Part shown: positions 17,665-26,804 of the stretch, in pieces | How the letters are laid out: each line of letters begins with the position of its first letter | Numbering within the stretch: the first letter of the stretch is position 1 | From: Methanobacterium bryantii | Lineage (GTDB): Archaea; Methanobacteriota; Methanobacteria; Methanobacteriales; Methanobacteriaceae | NCBI RefSeq assembly: GCF_002287175.1 | Contig: NZ_LMVM01000023.1 | Span: 149,921-181,920, forward strand | DNA length: 32,000 bases | Direction of reading: 5' to 3' | Translations under genes and position numbers: made by a program | Notes under the pieces: model-generated | What the model was told of the DNA's origin: nothing | What the model saw: only the letters and a program-made list of their open reading frames with translations | Databases searched by the model: none

Positions 17665-20454
17665 TCAAGTTTTATCTTTATACTCTTTAATACCTTTATA
17701 TATCTCTGATTTTACATTGTCATATGCATTAACGACACCGGGGCCTATATGAATTATTGTATCTCCCTCTTTTGCAATTTCCAATGCTGTAGATATTGAA
17801 TCGGCAATATTAATTGTTTGGTATGTTTCTATACCATCAGCTCCATCCACTACTGTCTCCGCTGCTTCAGGATCTATTACTTCCGTAGTTTCATTTTTTG
17901 CGCTTGCAATAACCACATCAGCATACTTTCCAAGCACAGTACCCATTTTAAATTTATCACGAACTGTAAGTGTATCCGGATTATCTACTGATATTATAAG
18001 CTTTCCTTCAAGAGTTAAACCATCTAAAAGACGTTCTACAGCTTCAGGATTGTGGGCTGCATCCATGAATATGTTTACACCGCTAATTAAGTCAATTTTC
18101 TCAAATCTTCCAGCTACTCCTGAAAAGCTTTCCATTTTATCTTTAATATAGTCTAAATCAAAATCTAAAACCATATCTACAATAAAAGCAGCCATTGCAT
18201 TTTCTATATTGCATGCACCTGGTGATTTAAGATTTATTCTCATATTACATGGATCTCTATACTTCCTTTCAAAGTTACCACAGTTACAGTATACTTTACC
18301 ACAGTTTTTACAAACCACTGTGGGAATAGTTCCAGTTTTAATGGTAAATTCGGAACCATAAAGGCCTTTAAGCTCAACATCTTCTGCTAATATATCAAAG
18401 TCTATATTATTTTTATGATGATAAGTTTTACCTTCACATACAACTGTCCGGGGTTCATTAAAACCATAATATATGACTTCTTTATCAAATTTAGGGGCCA
18501 ATATACTTATGATTGGATCATCACCATTTGCAATTAAAATCCCGTTTTTATGGAGTAAATCTTTTATAGCCACATTTCTCTCCACGTATTCTTCATATGT
18601 ATTAAATTCATCCATATGATCTGGAGTAAGATTAGTTAAAACCCCTGCACAAATTTCAAGCCCGTCTAACATCCTTATAGTACCATGAGGAAGTTCAAAA
18701 ACTGCGAAATCTTTATTTCCAGTTCCGTTTTCGACTATAAAGTCAACTAAACCTTCAATAACAAGCGAGTTCTGCAGGGATGAGAAAAGTAATGTTTCAT
18801 ATCTATCAGATAATGTATAATTTGTCATGTTGGTGGTTGTGGTTTTACCATCTGTTCCTGCAATACCAATCATAGGGATCTTTATAATAGAATTTATCAT
18901 CTTTCCAATGTCCCTTGTACCAATTTCCATGATCTCGTAGTTCTCTTCACACTCATTAATAAATTGTCGAATTTCAGAATTTTTAGGGACATTTGGAGAA
19001 ACAAAAACAACATCCGCCCACATTGCATGTTCATTTACATGCGATCCAAGTTCTACAGCTATTCCTTTTTCTTTAAGCTCTTCAATTCTCCTTCTGGCTT
19101 TTTTTGGCAGCTGTTCAAATTCCTTAATATCCGAAATAATAACCTCATTGCCAAGGTAGTTTAAAAGATGTGCTGCAGGCCTTCCCGCGTTTCCTGCGCC
19201 TATTATCAGTACTTTTTTGCCCCTAATCACTGTATCATCCTTTGTTAATCTCCGTAGTGTTTCCTGTATTTCTATAAGTTTAGTTTGGCCATTTCCACCT
19301 ATAAATATATTTTTACATTTGTCACTGCACTCCACTGCAAAGTTAACAACGTCGGCTGTATCTTTCATTATTTTAACAGTCCCATTATAACCTTCATTTT
19401 TTAACTTTTCCAATGCAATATCAGTTGTATTGTCTAGTCCTGGAAATAAAACTATAGTTTCTGGATTAACTTTGACTACTTCCTTTAAAATTTCATATCT
19501 ACATGTTTCATTCTTTCGGGGCGTACCAATTATAACAACGTCAAATTTTAACTCATTAAGCACTGCTGCAGTTGCATCAACATTATCTGTTTTTCCAACC
19601 ACAAAATTACATCCAGATAAATTCAGAGTTTCTGATCTTCCATTAACGCCTTTAAATTCACTTAATGTATCATCAATATCGCTTTGTGGAATCTCTAAAA
19701 ATTGTGCAACTTTTTCTGCGGCAGCAGCATTTTGAAGGTTAAATTTACCGAACATTTTAAGATCTCTGTATCCATTTCCAAAAAAGAACGTTTCACTAGG
19801 ATAGTCTTTAATTCCAGATAAAAATTCATCTTGTCCATTTAATATAGCCGTTTTCCCTTTTAAGAATCTGCCTAACGAGTTTCTATAATTCTCAAGAGAA
19901 TTATGGAAATCCATGTGATCATGCCCTATGTTTGTTACAACTATCAGGTCAAAATCAAAGGCATAAGAACAAAAATCAAGAGTCATATCACAAACTTCAA
20001 CTATTAAAATGTCACATTTTTGTTTAGAAGTTTCCAGTATGAGTTTTGTGTATCCTCCAAATCCGCCACCAGCATTTCCACCTAGGAGTACATTAAAACC
20101 TGCTTTTTCAAGTATTTCCTTAATCATAAAGCAAGTAGTTGTTTTGCCATTGGTTCCTGTTACTCCTATTGTGAAAATAGATTTATGATCCGCCAGAATG
20201 TCTGATAAAGACTTCTTACGAGATCTTATTTTTTCGCCGATCTTACTACTCCACAAGCTTGGACTTAAAACTACTGCATCTGCAGAATTTATTTTATCAA
20301 AATCATGATATCCAAGATCAAGATCTATAGCAGAATTATGTTTTAATTCCACATTTTTTTGCATATCAGAAGCATAAACTTTATATCCATAATTAATAAG
20401 GGATTTTACAGCATTTTTACCTTCTGTTCCCAATCCGACCACTGCAACTTTCAT
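17665..20454 (-). CDS. Tandem (double) Mur ligase fusion, putative pseudomurein peptide ligase
   Basis: 929 aa with two Mur ATPase modules: GVTGTNGKTTTCFM ... and GIAGTDGKTTTTNM ... IFMDAAHNPEAVERLLDGL; second Rossmann segment KVLIIGAGNAGRPAAHLLNYLGNEVIISD between them; Cys-rich insert VVCKNCGKVYCNCGNFERKYRDPC. Confidence 0.92.
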   Translation of the reverse strand: MKVAVVGLGTEGKNAVKSLINYGYKVYASDMQKNVELKHNSAIDLDLGYHDFDKINSADAVVLSPSLWSSKIGEKIRSRKKSLSDILADHKSIFTIGVTGTNGKTTTCFMIKEILEKAGFNVLLGGNAGGGFGGYTKLILETSKQKCDILIVEVCDMTLDFCSYAFDFDLIVVTNIGHDHMDFHNSLENYRNSLGRFLKGKTAILNGQDEFLSGIKDYPSETFFFGNGYRDLKMFGKFNLQNAAAAEKVAQFLEIPQSDIDDTLSEFKGVNGRSETLNLSGCNFVVGKTDNVDATAAVLNELKFDVVIIGTPRKNETCRYEILKEVVKVNPETIVLFPGLDNTTDIALEKLKNEGYNGTVKIMKDTADVVNFAVECSDKCKNIFIGGNGQTKLIEIQETLRRLTKDDTVIRGKKVLIIGAGNAGRPAAHLLNYLGNEVIISDIKEFEQLPKKARRRIEELKEKGIAVELGSHVNEHAMWADVVFVSPNVPKNSEIRQFINECEENYEIMEIGTRDIGKMINSIIKIPMIGIAGTDGKTTTTNMTNYTLSDRYETLLFSSLQNSLVIEGLVDFIVENGTGNKDFAVFELPHGTIRMLDGLEICAGVLTNLTPDHMDEFNTYEEYVERNVAIKDLLHKNGILIANGDDPIISILAPKFDKEVIYYGFNEPRTVVCEGKTYHHKNNIDFDILAEDVELKGLYGSEFTIKTGTIPTVVCKNCGKVYCNCGNFERKYRDPCNMRINLKSPGACNIENAMAAFIVDMVLDFDLDYIKDKMESFSGVAGRFEKIDLISGVNIFMDAAHNPEAVERLLDGLTLEGKLIISVDNPDTLTVRDKFKMGTVLGKYADVVIASAKNETTEVIDPEAAETVVDGADGIETYQTINIADSISTALEIAKEGDTIIHIGPGVVNAYDNVKSEIYKGIKEYKDKT

Positions 20455-21155
20455 ATTACCTACCGATATTTATAATCCTAAAGGTTATTATGACTATCTA
20501 AAAATGGCTTCTAAAATAATTTAAATAATATAGATATTTAATTGTAACGCTTGAATTTCTCCGAGCTCTGTGAATCGAAAACAGCCGATCCCGTAAATTC
20601 ATAAATAAGTATCCATTCTTATTATTAAACCCTAATTTATCTATAGAAAGCCATAAGATCATTTTCAATATTAGTTACCTCAAACAGCCATATTTACTTT
20701 TTCGTATTAATTTTTTTGTTATTTGTAATAATAAATTTTTTGATAATTCTATTATTCAAGTAATTTGATCTATACAAACTAGAATAATCAATTTGTATTT
20801 ATTACAATCATATATAAATGATTTTTAATTAATATCATTTGATAAATATATCGTAAATATAAAATCAATGAAATGAAACTACTATCTCCTAACATAAATA
20901 ATTTCAAATAATTAAAGCATTTTATTTCGCTAAATACTCCCAGAATTCCTATTAAAATTCAATAAAAATAATAAATCAGCAATTATATAACAATGTATTA
21001 ACAATATATGAAATAAACTAACTTGTTTATTTAAAGTCATTACTTAATAAATATCCTTAAGCTTATCTGTTAATCCAAGGATTTTAATGATAAATAATTA
21101 TAACAAAAAAAATGATTTGATACAATCAACAACGAAAACATATCAAGGTGACATC

Positions 21156-22205
21156 ATGAAAAATCTATCCAAAGAAATAGTAGAACGCATTGAAAACATT
21201 TCAAGGCCAGTTAAAATAATGCACGTATGTGGCTCCCATGAACATACCATAATGCAGCATGGAATAAGATCATTGATTCCAAAAGAAGTAGAAATAGTAG
21301 CAGGTCCCGGGTGTCCTGTTTGTTGTGTACCTTCAATAGAAGTTGATGAATGCCTGTATCTTGCACGAAAAGGCGTTACCATTACAACATTTGGAGATAT
21401 GCTGAGGGTTCCTGGAACAACAGGGACACTTGCAGATGCAAAAGCTGAAGGTGCTGATGTAAGAATAGTTTATGGAATAAATAATGCGGTTGAAATTGCA
21501 GAAAAGATTGATAACGATGTCGTATTTATGGCAGCCGGTTTTGAAACTACTGCACCTACCACTGCAGCAGAAATAGTCGCGGGGCTTCCGAAAAACCTTT
21601 CAATTTTATCCTGTCACAGATTAATACCCCCAGCACTCAAATTTTTAATTGAATCAGGAGAAGTAAACTTAAATGCACTTATAGAGCCGGGACATGTTTC
21701 AACAATAATAGGAACAGAACCTTATGAAGAATTTTCCAAAAAATATGGCATTCCTCAAGTTGTAGCAGGATTTAATCCACTTGATGTCCTGATTGCAATT
21801 TATATGATATTAAAACAGATGGATGAGGGCAAAGCTGTAGTTCAAAATGAATACAAACGAGCTGTTAGAGAAGAAGGAAATATAAAAGCTCAAGAGCTTA
21901 TGGATGAAGTTTTCTATATTAAAGATAAAGAATGGAGAGGTTTCCCAGAAATTCCTGACTCTACATATGAAATAAAGGATGAATTTGCAGATTCCAACGC
22001 AAGGGAAAGATTCGATATCAAAGTAGAGCAGGGTGAAAAAGTCCCAACTGGTTGCATATGCGGCCCAATTCTGCGGGGAATTGCAAGACCAGAGCAGTGC
22101 AAGCTTTTCAGGAAAGAATGCAATCCTATGAACCCAATTGGCGCATGTATGGTCAGTAAAGAAGGAACATGCAACATAGCATTTAGATATGGATCAGGAT
22201 TATAA
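21156..22205 (+). CDS. hypD: Hydrogenase formation/maturation protein HypD
   Basis: MHVCGSHEHTIMQHGIRSLIPKEVEIVAGPGCPVCCVP, FETTAPTTA, GCICGPILRGIARPEQCKLFRKECNPMNPIGACMVSKEGTCNIAFRY. ORF opens at 21087; MKNLSK start at 21156 preferred. Confidence 0.95.
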   Translation: MKNLSKEIVERIENISRPVKIMHVCGSHEHTIMQHGIRSLIPKEVEIVAGPGCPVCCVPSIEVDECLYLARKGVTITTFGDMLRVPGTTGTLADAKAEGADVRIVYGINNAVEIAEKIDNDVVFMAAGFETTAPTTAAEIVAGLPKNLSILSCHRLIPPALKFLIESGEVNLNALIEPGHVSTIIGTEPYEEFSKKYGIPQVVAGFNPLDVLIAIYMILKQMDEGKAVVQNEYKRAVREEGNIKAQELMDEVFYIKDKEWRGFPEIPDSTYEIKDEFADSNARERFDIKVEQGEKVPTGCICGPILRGIARPEQCKLFRKECNPMNPIGACMVSKEGTCNIAFRYGSGL

Positions 22206-22227
22206 TCGAAATCTCTAATTGTAATTC

Positions 22228-22246
22228 GAGCCTAATTTTCAGGCTC
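22228..22246 (+). terminator. Small hairpin between hypD and the phosphatase
   Basis: GAGCCT-AATTTTC-AGGCTC, 22228-22246. Confidence 0.35.
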
Positions 22247-22283
22247 CAATCCAGTATTTTTAAATAATTGGAGTAATGTTCTA

Positions 22284-22952
22284 ATGAAAGCAGTTGCTGT
22301 AGACATAGATGGTACGATTACTGATAAAAATCGGAAAATATGTGTAAATGCAATAAATGCACTGCGAAAAGCAGAAGATGCAGGTTATCCGGTTATATTA
22401 GTGACTGGAAATGTACTCTGCACAGCGAAAATGGTATCCACAATGTTAGGTACATCTGGCGGAATAGTCTGTGAAAATGGCGGAGTTGTATATACCACAA
22501 AAAGAAATTTAATTCTTGGCGATGTTAAAAAATGCAGCCCTGCCTATGAATTATTAAAATCACAATATGATGTGGAAAAAACAGAATTTTCAGATCTTCG
22601 GTTATCGGAAATTGCGATAAAACGCACTATTGATGTAAATACTGTAAAAAAGACTGTAAAAAATTTTGATGTTGTGGTATACGACACTAAATTTGCAATA
22701 CACATTACAGACCCTTTAGTTAATAAGGGAAAATCACTTAAAATTGTTGCAGAAGATATGAGCATAACAACTGATGAAATACTTGCAATAGGCGACAGTG
22801 AAAACGATCTTGAGTTCCTGGAGGTTGCAGGGTTCAAAGTTGCTGTTTCAAATGCAGATGATGAGCTTAAAGAAAATACTGATTATGTAACAAAAAAGGC
22901 CTACGGTGATGGGGCTGCAGAAGCAATTGAAAAATTTATTTTAAATAAATAG
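22284..22952 (+). CDS. Archaeal-type phosphoglycolate phosphatase (HAD superfamily)
   Basis: 222 aa; AVDIDGTITDKNRKI, VILVTGNVLCTAKMV, ILAIGDSENDLEFLEVAG. Confidence 0.9.
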   Translation: MKAVAVDIDGTITDKNRKICVNAINALRKAEDAGYPVILVTGNVLCTAKMVSTMLGTSGGIVCENGGVVYTTKRNLILGDVKKCSPAYELLKSQYDVEKTEFSDLRLSEIAIKRTIDVNTVKKTVKNFDVVVYDTKFAIHITDPLVNKGKSLKIVAEDMSITTDEILAIGDSENDLEFLEVAGFKVAVSNADDELKENTDYVTKKAYGDGAAEAIEKFILNK

Positions 22953-22991
22953 CATTATTAAGATGTTAAATAACATAACAGGAGATCTTAT

Positions 22992-24293
22992 ATGATAAAT
23001 ACTGCAGAACGCGCGTTAAATCTTGCTTTAAAAGATTCTGATTATGCAGAAGTGTATATAGAAAGAGAAAAAAGTATTGATGTAGACATCCAGAGAAATG
23101 AAATTAGTTTTGCAAAAGAAGAAATTACCTACGGATTAAGTGTAAGAGTAATTTTAAGAGGAAAAATGGGATTTTCTTATACAACTAATATTGATAAAAT
23201 TGATGAAACCGCGAAGAATGCAATATTCAACGCGAAATCTAATATTGAAGATGAATATTTTGATTTTGCCCATGAATCCAAATACAGCCAAGTTAAAGGT
23301 ACTTATGATAAAAAAAATGAAGCAATGGATATCGAAAGTTCCATAGATTTTGCAAAAACTATGATAGACACCGTTGAAGAAGAAAAATGTGGACCAACCT
23401 CAGGAGGATTTTCTGCAGGAAAAACAGAGAGCGTAATCTTAAATTCGAATGGTGTAAACCGTGAAGAAATAGGAACATCATTTTCAGGGTTTATAGCAGT
23501 AAATGCTGAAAAAGATGGAGAAATATCAACAGCATACGAAGGGGACTCGTCAAGGCTCTTTGATATTAACCCTGAATGGATTGCAGATAATGCATGCGAT
23601 ATTGCAAAAAATTCTTTAAACGGCAAACCTGTAGAAACAAAAGATATGGACGTAATATTAGATTACCGTGCATCTGCAGGTCTTCTTGGAACATTTGTGG
23701 GTGCTTTTAATGCAGATAATGTTCAAAGAGGCAGGTCTGTTTTTGCAGATAAAATAGGAAATGAAGTTGTTTCGCCTTCATTAAGCATTTATGATGACGG
23801 TACACTTGAAGGAGGACTTGCTTCATCAATAAGTGATGGAGAAGGAACCCCTACTCAAAAAACTGCCGTAATTCAGGACGGAATCCTAAAAAGTTTCATT
23901 TATGACATATATACATCTAAAAAAGGAAATACAGAAAGTACGGGTAACGGTATGAGGTCTTCCTTTGCAGATATGCCTTCAGTGGGCTTAAGTAATTTTG
24001 TTCTTGAATTTAAAGATACCCTTGAAATAGAAGATATTAAAGAAGGAATACTTGTTACAGATGTTTTAGGTGCACATACAGCCAACCCAATTTCAGGAGA
24101 CTTTTCAGTTGAGGCCAACAATGCATTTAAAATAGAAAATGGAGAAATTAGTTACCCTGTTAAAAAAGCCATGTTATCTGGAAACATATTTGACGTTATG
24201 AAAAATGCAGCAAGTGGTTCTAAAGAAATCAGACAACGAGGACCTTTCGTTATTCCACGTATTTTAGCTCCGAATTTAAGAGTAGTAGGCTAA
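22992..24293 (+). CDS. TldD/PmbA family protein
   Basis: 433 aa; DYAEVYIEREKSIDVDIQRNEI, KNGLPVETKDMDVILDYRASAGLLGTF-like region, GGLASSISDGEGTPTQKTAVIQDGILKSFIYD. Confidence 0.9.
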   Translation: MINTAERALNLALKDSDYAEVYIEREKSIDVDIQRNEISFAKEEITYGLSVRVILRGKMGFSYTTNIDKIDETAKNAIFNAKSNIEDEYFDFAHESKYSQVKGTYDKKNEAMDIESSIDFAKTMIDTVEEEKCGPTSGGFSAGKTESVILNSNGVNREEIGTSFSGFIAVNAEKDGEISTAYEGDSSRLFDINPEWIADNACDIAKNSLNGKPVETKDMDVILDYRASAGLLGTFVGAFNADNVQRGRSVFADKIGNEVVSPSLSIYDDGTLEGGLASSISDGEGTPTQKTAVIQDGILKSFIYDIYTSKKGNTESTGNGMRSSFADMPSVGLSNFVLEFKDTLEIEDIKEGILVTDVLGAHTANPISGDFSVEANNAFKIENGEISYPVKKAMLSGNIFDVMKNAASGSKEIRQRGPFVIPRILAPNLRVVG

Positions 24294-24316
24294 GTAATTT
24301 TAGTTTAGTTAAAGAG

Positions 24317-24339
24317 ATTTGGAAATTAACCAAATCTAT
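24317..24339. terminator. Hairpin between convergent genes
   Basis: AGATTTGG-aaattaa-CCAAATCT with possible bulged extension AAAG/CTTT. Confidence 0.55.
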
Positions 24340-24404
24340 CTTTAGTTTTAAAATAAAAGAAAAATTCATTTAGAGATACTTGTTTTAATTCAAATATTTT
24401 AGAA

Positions 24405-24770
24405 TCACAATGGCATGTAACGTTCATTGAGTATCTTACTTTTAACATGCGATGCTTCTTCTTTAACTACAGGTATTTCATCATCATTAAGATACAGATT
24501 TAATTTAATCATGCCTTGAGGTTTTACAGGACCCACTACAATATCTGATCTTCTATCTACTCCTGTAAACCTCAAATGGGTTGCTTCATTTTCATTTACA
24601 ATCTTACCTTTCTCATTTTCATATTCAACATCATGACCCACATATGTTGAAGGAATACACACCTCTGAGGCAGGTATATCACTAGGCACAGCCACATCTT
24701 CCGGTATGGGTATTAACTCAATTCTGGGCAATTTTTTCCATCCTTCTCCACGCAAAGTTATCACCTCCAT
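24405..24770 (-). CDS. Conserved hypothetical protein (121 aa)
   Basis: Long ORF MEVITLRGEGWKKLPRIELIPIPEDVAVPSDIPASEVCIPSTYVGHDVEYENEKGKIV...; protein-like composition. Confidence 0.65.
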   Translation of the reverse strand: MEVITLRGEGWKKLPRIELIPIPEDVAVPSDIPASEVCIPSTYVGHDVEYENEKGKIVNENEATHLRFTGVDRRSDIVVGPVKPQGMIKLNLYLNDDEIPVVKEEASHVKSKILNERYMPL

Positions 24771-24902
24771 ATATCGCCAAAACTACCTTTTATTTAATTT
24801 ATGGATCAATTCATCCTTATTTTTAACTTCAAATGTGTACGTACGTCCATAAAATGGTTCAGCGAATTTTTTTAGACTCTTCAGATACTTTCATTACATG
24901 TT

Positions 24903-25073
24903 TCAAGGGAAATTTTTCCTAGTGCCTTCAGGGTATACGGTATTGTTTTCAAACCATTTTGCATCTTCTTCATTTTTAAATTCAACTATTATGGCTATTT
25001 TCTGGTCGATTAGTTTACATTCACCGCAGTTATCATGAAAGGCACTTTTTATTTCCTCAAACTGTTCTGCCAT
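24903..25073 (-). CDS. Small hypothetical protein (56 aa), not in the ORF track
   Basis: Read directly: MAEQFEEIKSAFHDNCGECKLIDQKIAIIVEFKNEEDAKWFENNTVYPEGTRKNFP*. Confidence 0.55.
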   Translation of the reverse strand: MAEQFEEIKSAFHDNCGECKLIDQKIAIIVEFKNEEDAKWFENNTVYPEGTRKNFP

Positions 25074-25153
25074 AATGATCTTTTATTATTATATATGACC
25101 TTATTAATACTTTTGAGTCAAACATATACTATCTAAAGCATAAAATAAGATCA

Positions 25154-26176
25154 ATGAACCGTGCTATAGAAAAGGAACTCTCAACTTATTTTGAAATTAT
25201 GCTCAATCAAAGAGCATCAAGAGTCAAAGTAGCTTCAACGATAGAAGCAAAAGAAAATGAGAATATTGATACTCTTTGGAGAGAACATGAACATATTCAA
25301 AACGAATTTAAAAACATATTCAATACAGTATCCTTTAATAGCCTGGAAAAGCCTGATTTTTCTTATCTTGATCTAAAAATAAAGATTGGAGAAAAAATAT
25401 TTGAAAGCTGTTATTTTTGTGAGATGAAGTGCCATATTAACCGAAATATAGAAAAAGGATTTTGCAACGTGAAAAATCCAAAAATCGCATCTGAATTCAT
25501 GCACATGGGTGAAGAAACTCCACTTATACCAAGCCACACTATTTTTTTTACAGGCTGTAATTTTGAATGTATTTACTGTCAAAATTTTGATATAAGTCAA
25601 TTTCCAGAAGCAGGAATAAAAATAAGTGAAATGCACCTGGCAAAAATAATTGACAAAAGAAGAAAAGAAGGTTCAAGGAATGTAAACTTCGTTGGAGGAG
25701 ATCCAACTCCAAATTTATATTACATTTTAAAGACAATGAAGCAGTGTAATGAAAACATTCCCGTAATCTGGAACAGCAATTTTTACATGAGCGAAGATGC
25801 TATGAAACTTCTTGATGGTTTTGTTGACTTATTTTTAAGTGATTTTAAATATGGACCAGAGGAGTGTGCAGAAAAGCTTTCTAAAATTTCAAATTACTGG
25901 AATACTATAACAAGGAATCATAAAATGGCGAAAAAGTCTGGAGATATGATCATAAGACATCTTGTACTTCCGGGCCATGTTGAATGTTGTTCAAAACCTA
26001 TTTTAAAATGGATAAGTGAGAATTTAGGAAAAGAAACCGTTATTAACATTATGGGCCAGTATCACCCAGTTTATAGGGCTTGCGAATCTGAAAAAATTAC
26101 GAGATATCCAAGCCGCCGAGAACTTGAAGAAGTGGTTAATTATGCAAAAAACTTAGGTTTTATAAATTTAATTTAA
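25154..26176 (+). CDS. Radical SAM protein (PflA-activase-like)
   Basis: 340 aa; FFTGCNFECIYCQNFDISQF (CxxxCxxC), NVNFVGGDPTPNLYYILKTMK, DLFLSDFKYGPEECAEKLS, LVLPGHVECCSKPIL. Confidence 0.9.
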   Translation: MNRAIEKELSTYFEIMLNQRASRVKVASTIEAKENENIDTLWREHEHIQNEFKNIFNTVSFNSLEKPDFSYLDLKIKIGEKIFESCYFCEMKCHINRNIEKGFCNVKNPKIASEFMHMGEETPLIPSHTIFFTGCNFECIYCQNFDISQFPEAGIKISEMHLAKIIDKRRKEGSRNVNFVGGDPTPNLYYILKTMKQCNENIPVIWNSNFYMSEDAMKLLDGFVDLFLSDFKYGPEECAEKLSKISNYWNTITRNHKMAKKSGDMIIRHLVLPGHVECCSKPILKWISENLGKETVINIMGQYHPVYRACESEKITRYPSRRELEEVVNYAKNLGFINLI

Positions 26177-26504
26177 ATATAGCCTTTTTATAACTTTTAA
26201 CTTTGTTTTAATGTCATAATATAGATTTATTTTATACTAAATCTAATTTAAGTATTTAGAGTTTAAAATTAGTCTAGTTACATTCATATTTATATTAAAA
26301 TTTTTAAAAAAACAACATAAACATTAATAATTAATTTATGTAAAAACTAGTTAATATCTATTTCTTTAAAACATATTAGTTATCTAATAACTATCCTTAA
26401 ATTTACAAACATAACTGAAGCTACTAAAATTCCCAAAAAATCATTTTAACACAAATAGAATACCTGCAAAGTTTATTTAGGAATTATAACAACACTAGCG
26501 GAAT

Positions 26505-26720
26505 TATAAAAGTAATGAGTATGACCTCTTTTGTTATACAACATTTAAAATAAACTGATTTATCCAAAATACTAATTGAAAGAGTTCACCCCAAATATCT
26601 TATTTCAATAACCGCATAATGTGTCTTAAATACTAAAAAGAGCTTTAAGCGTACTTTTTTTGAGGATTAAAATCAAAATATTTATATGATATGGAATATT
26701 AACTATTTTCTACCCATAGA
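26505..26720 (+). promoter_or_regulatory. Duplicated long upstream region, copy 1, with TATA-like box TTTATATG (26681-26688)
   Basis: Aligns by eye with 29115-29333: TATAAAAGTAATG, TTGA(A/G)AGAGTTCA(C/T)CCCAAA(T/G)ATCTTATTT, GTGTC(T/C)TAAAT, AAAAAGAGCT..., AAGCG..TTTTTT, TTTATA(T/A), ATTAACTA, TACCCATAG. Confidence 0.7.
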
Positions 26721-26804
26721 AAAAAAACCTTAATTGAATTTTTACATGTTTGTGAAATATTTTTTATATTTTGCAACCAGAAAAATTAAAAAAATTTTCC
26801 ATGA

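Noticed and set aside
18964-19735. + strand ORFs antisense to the double Mur ligase (18964-19164, 19430-19735)
   Set aside because: The minus-strand protein has clear domain motifs through this interval; the antisense products have none.
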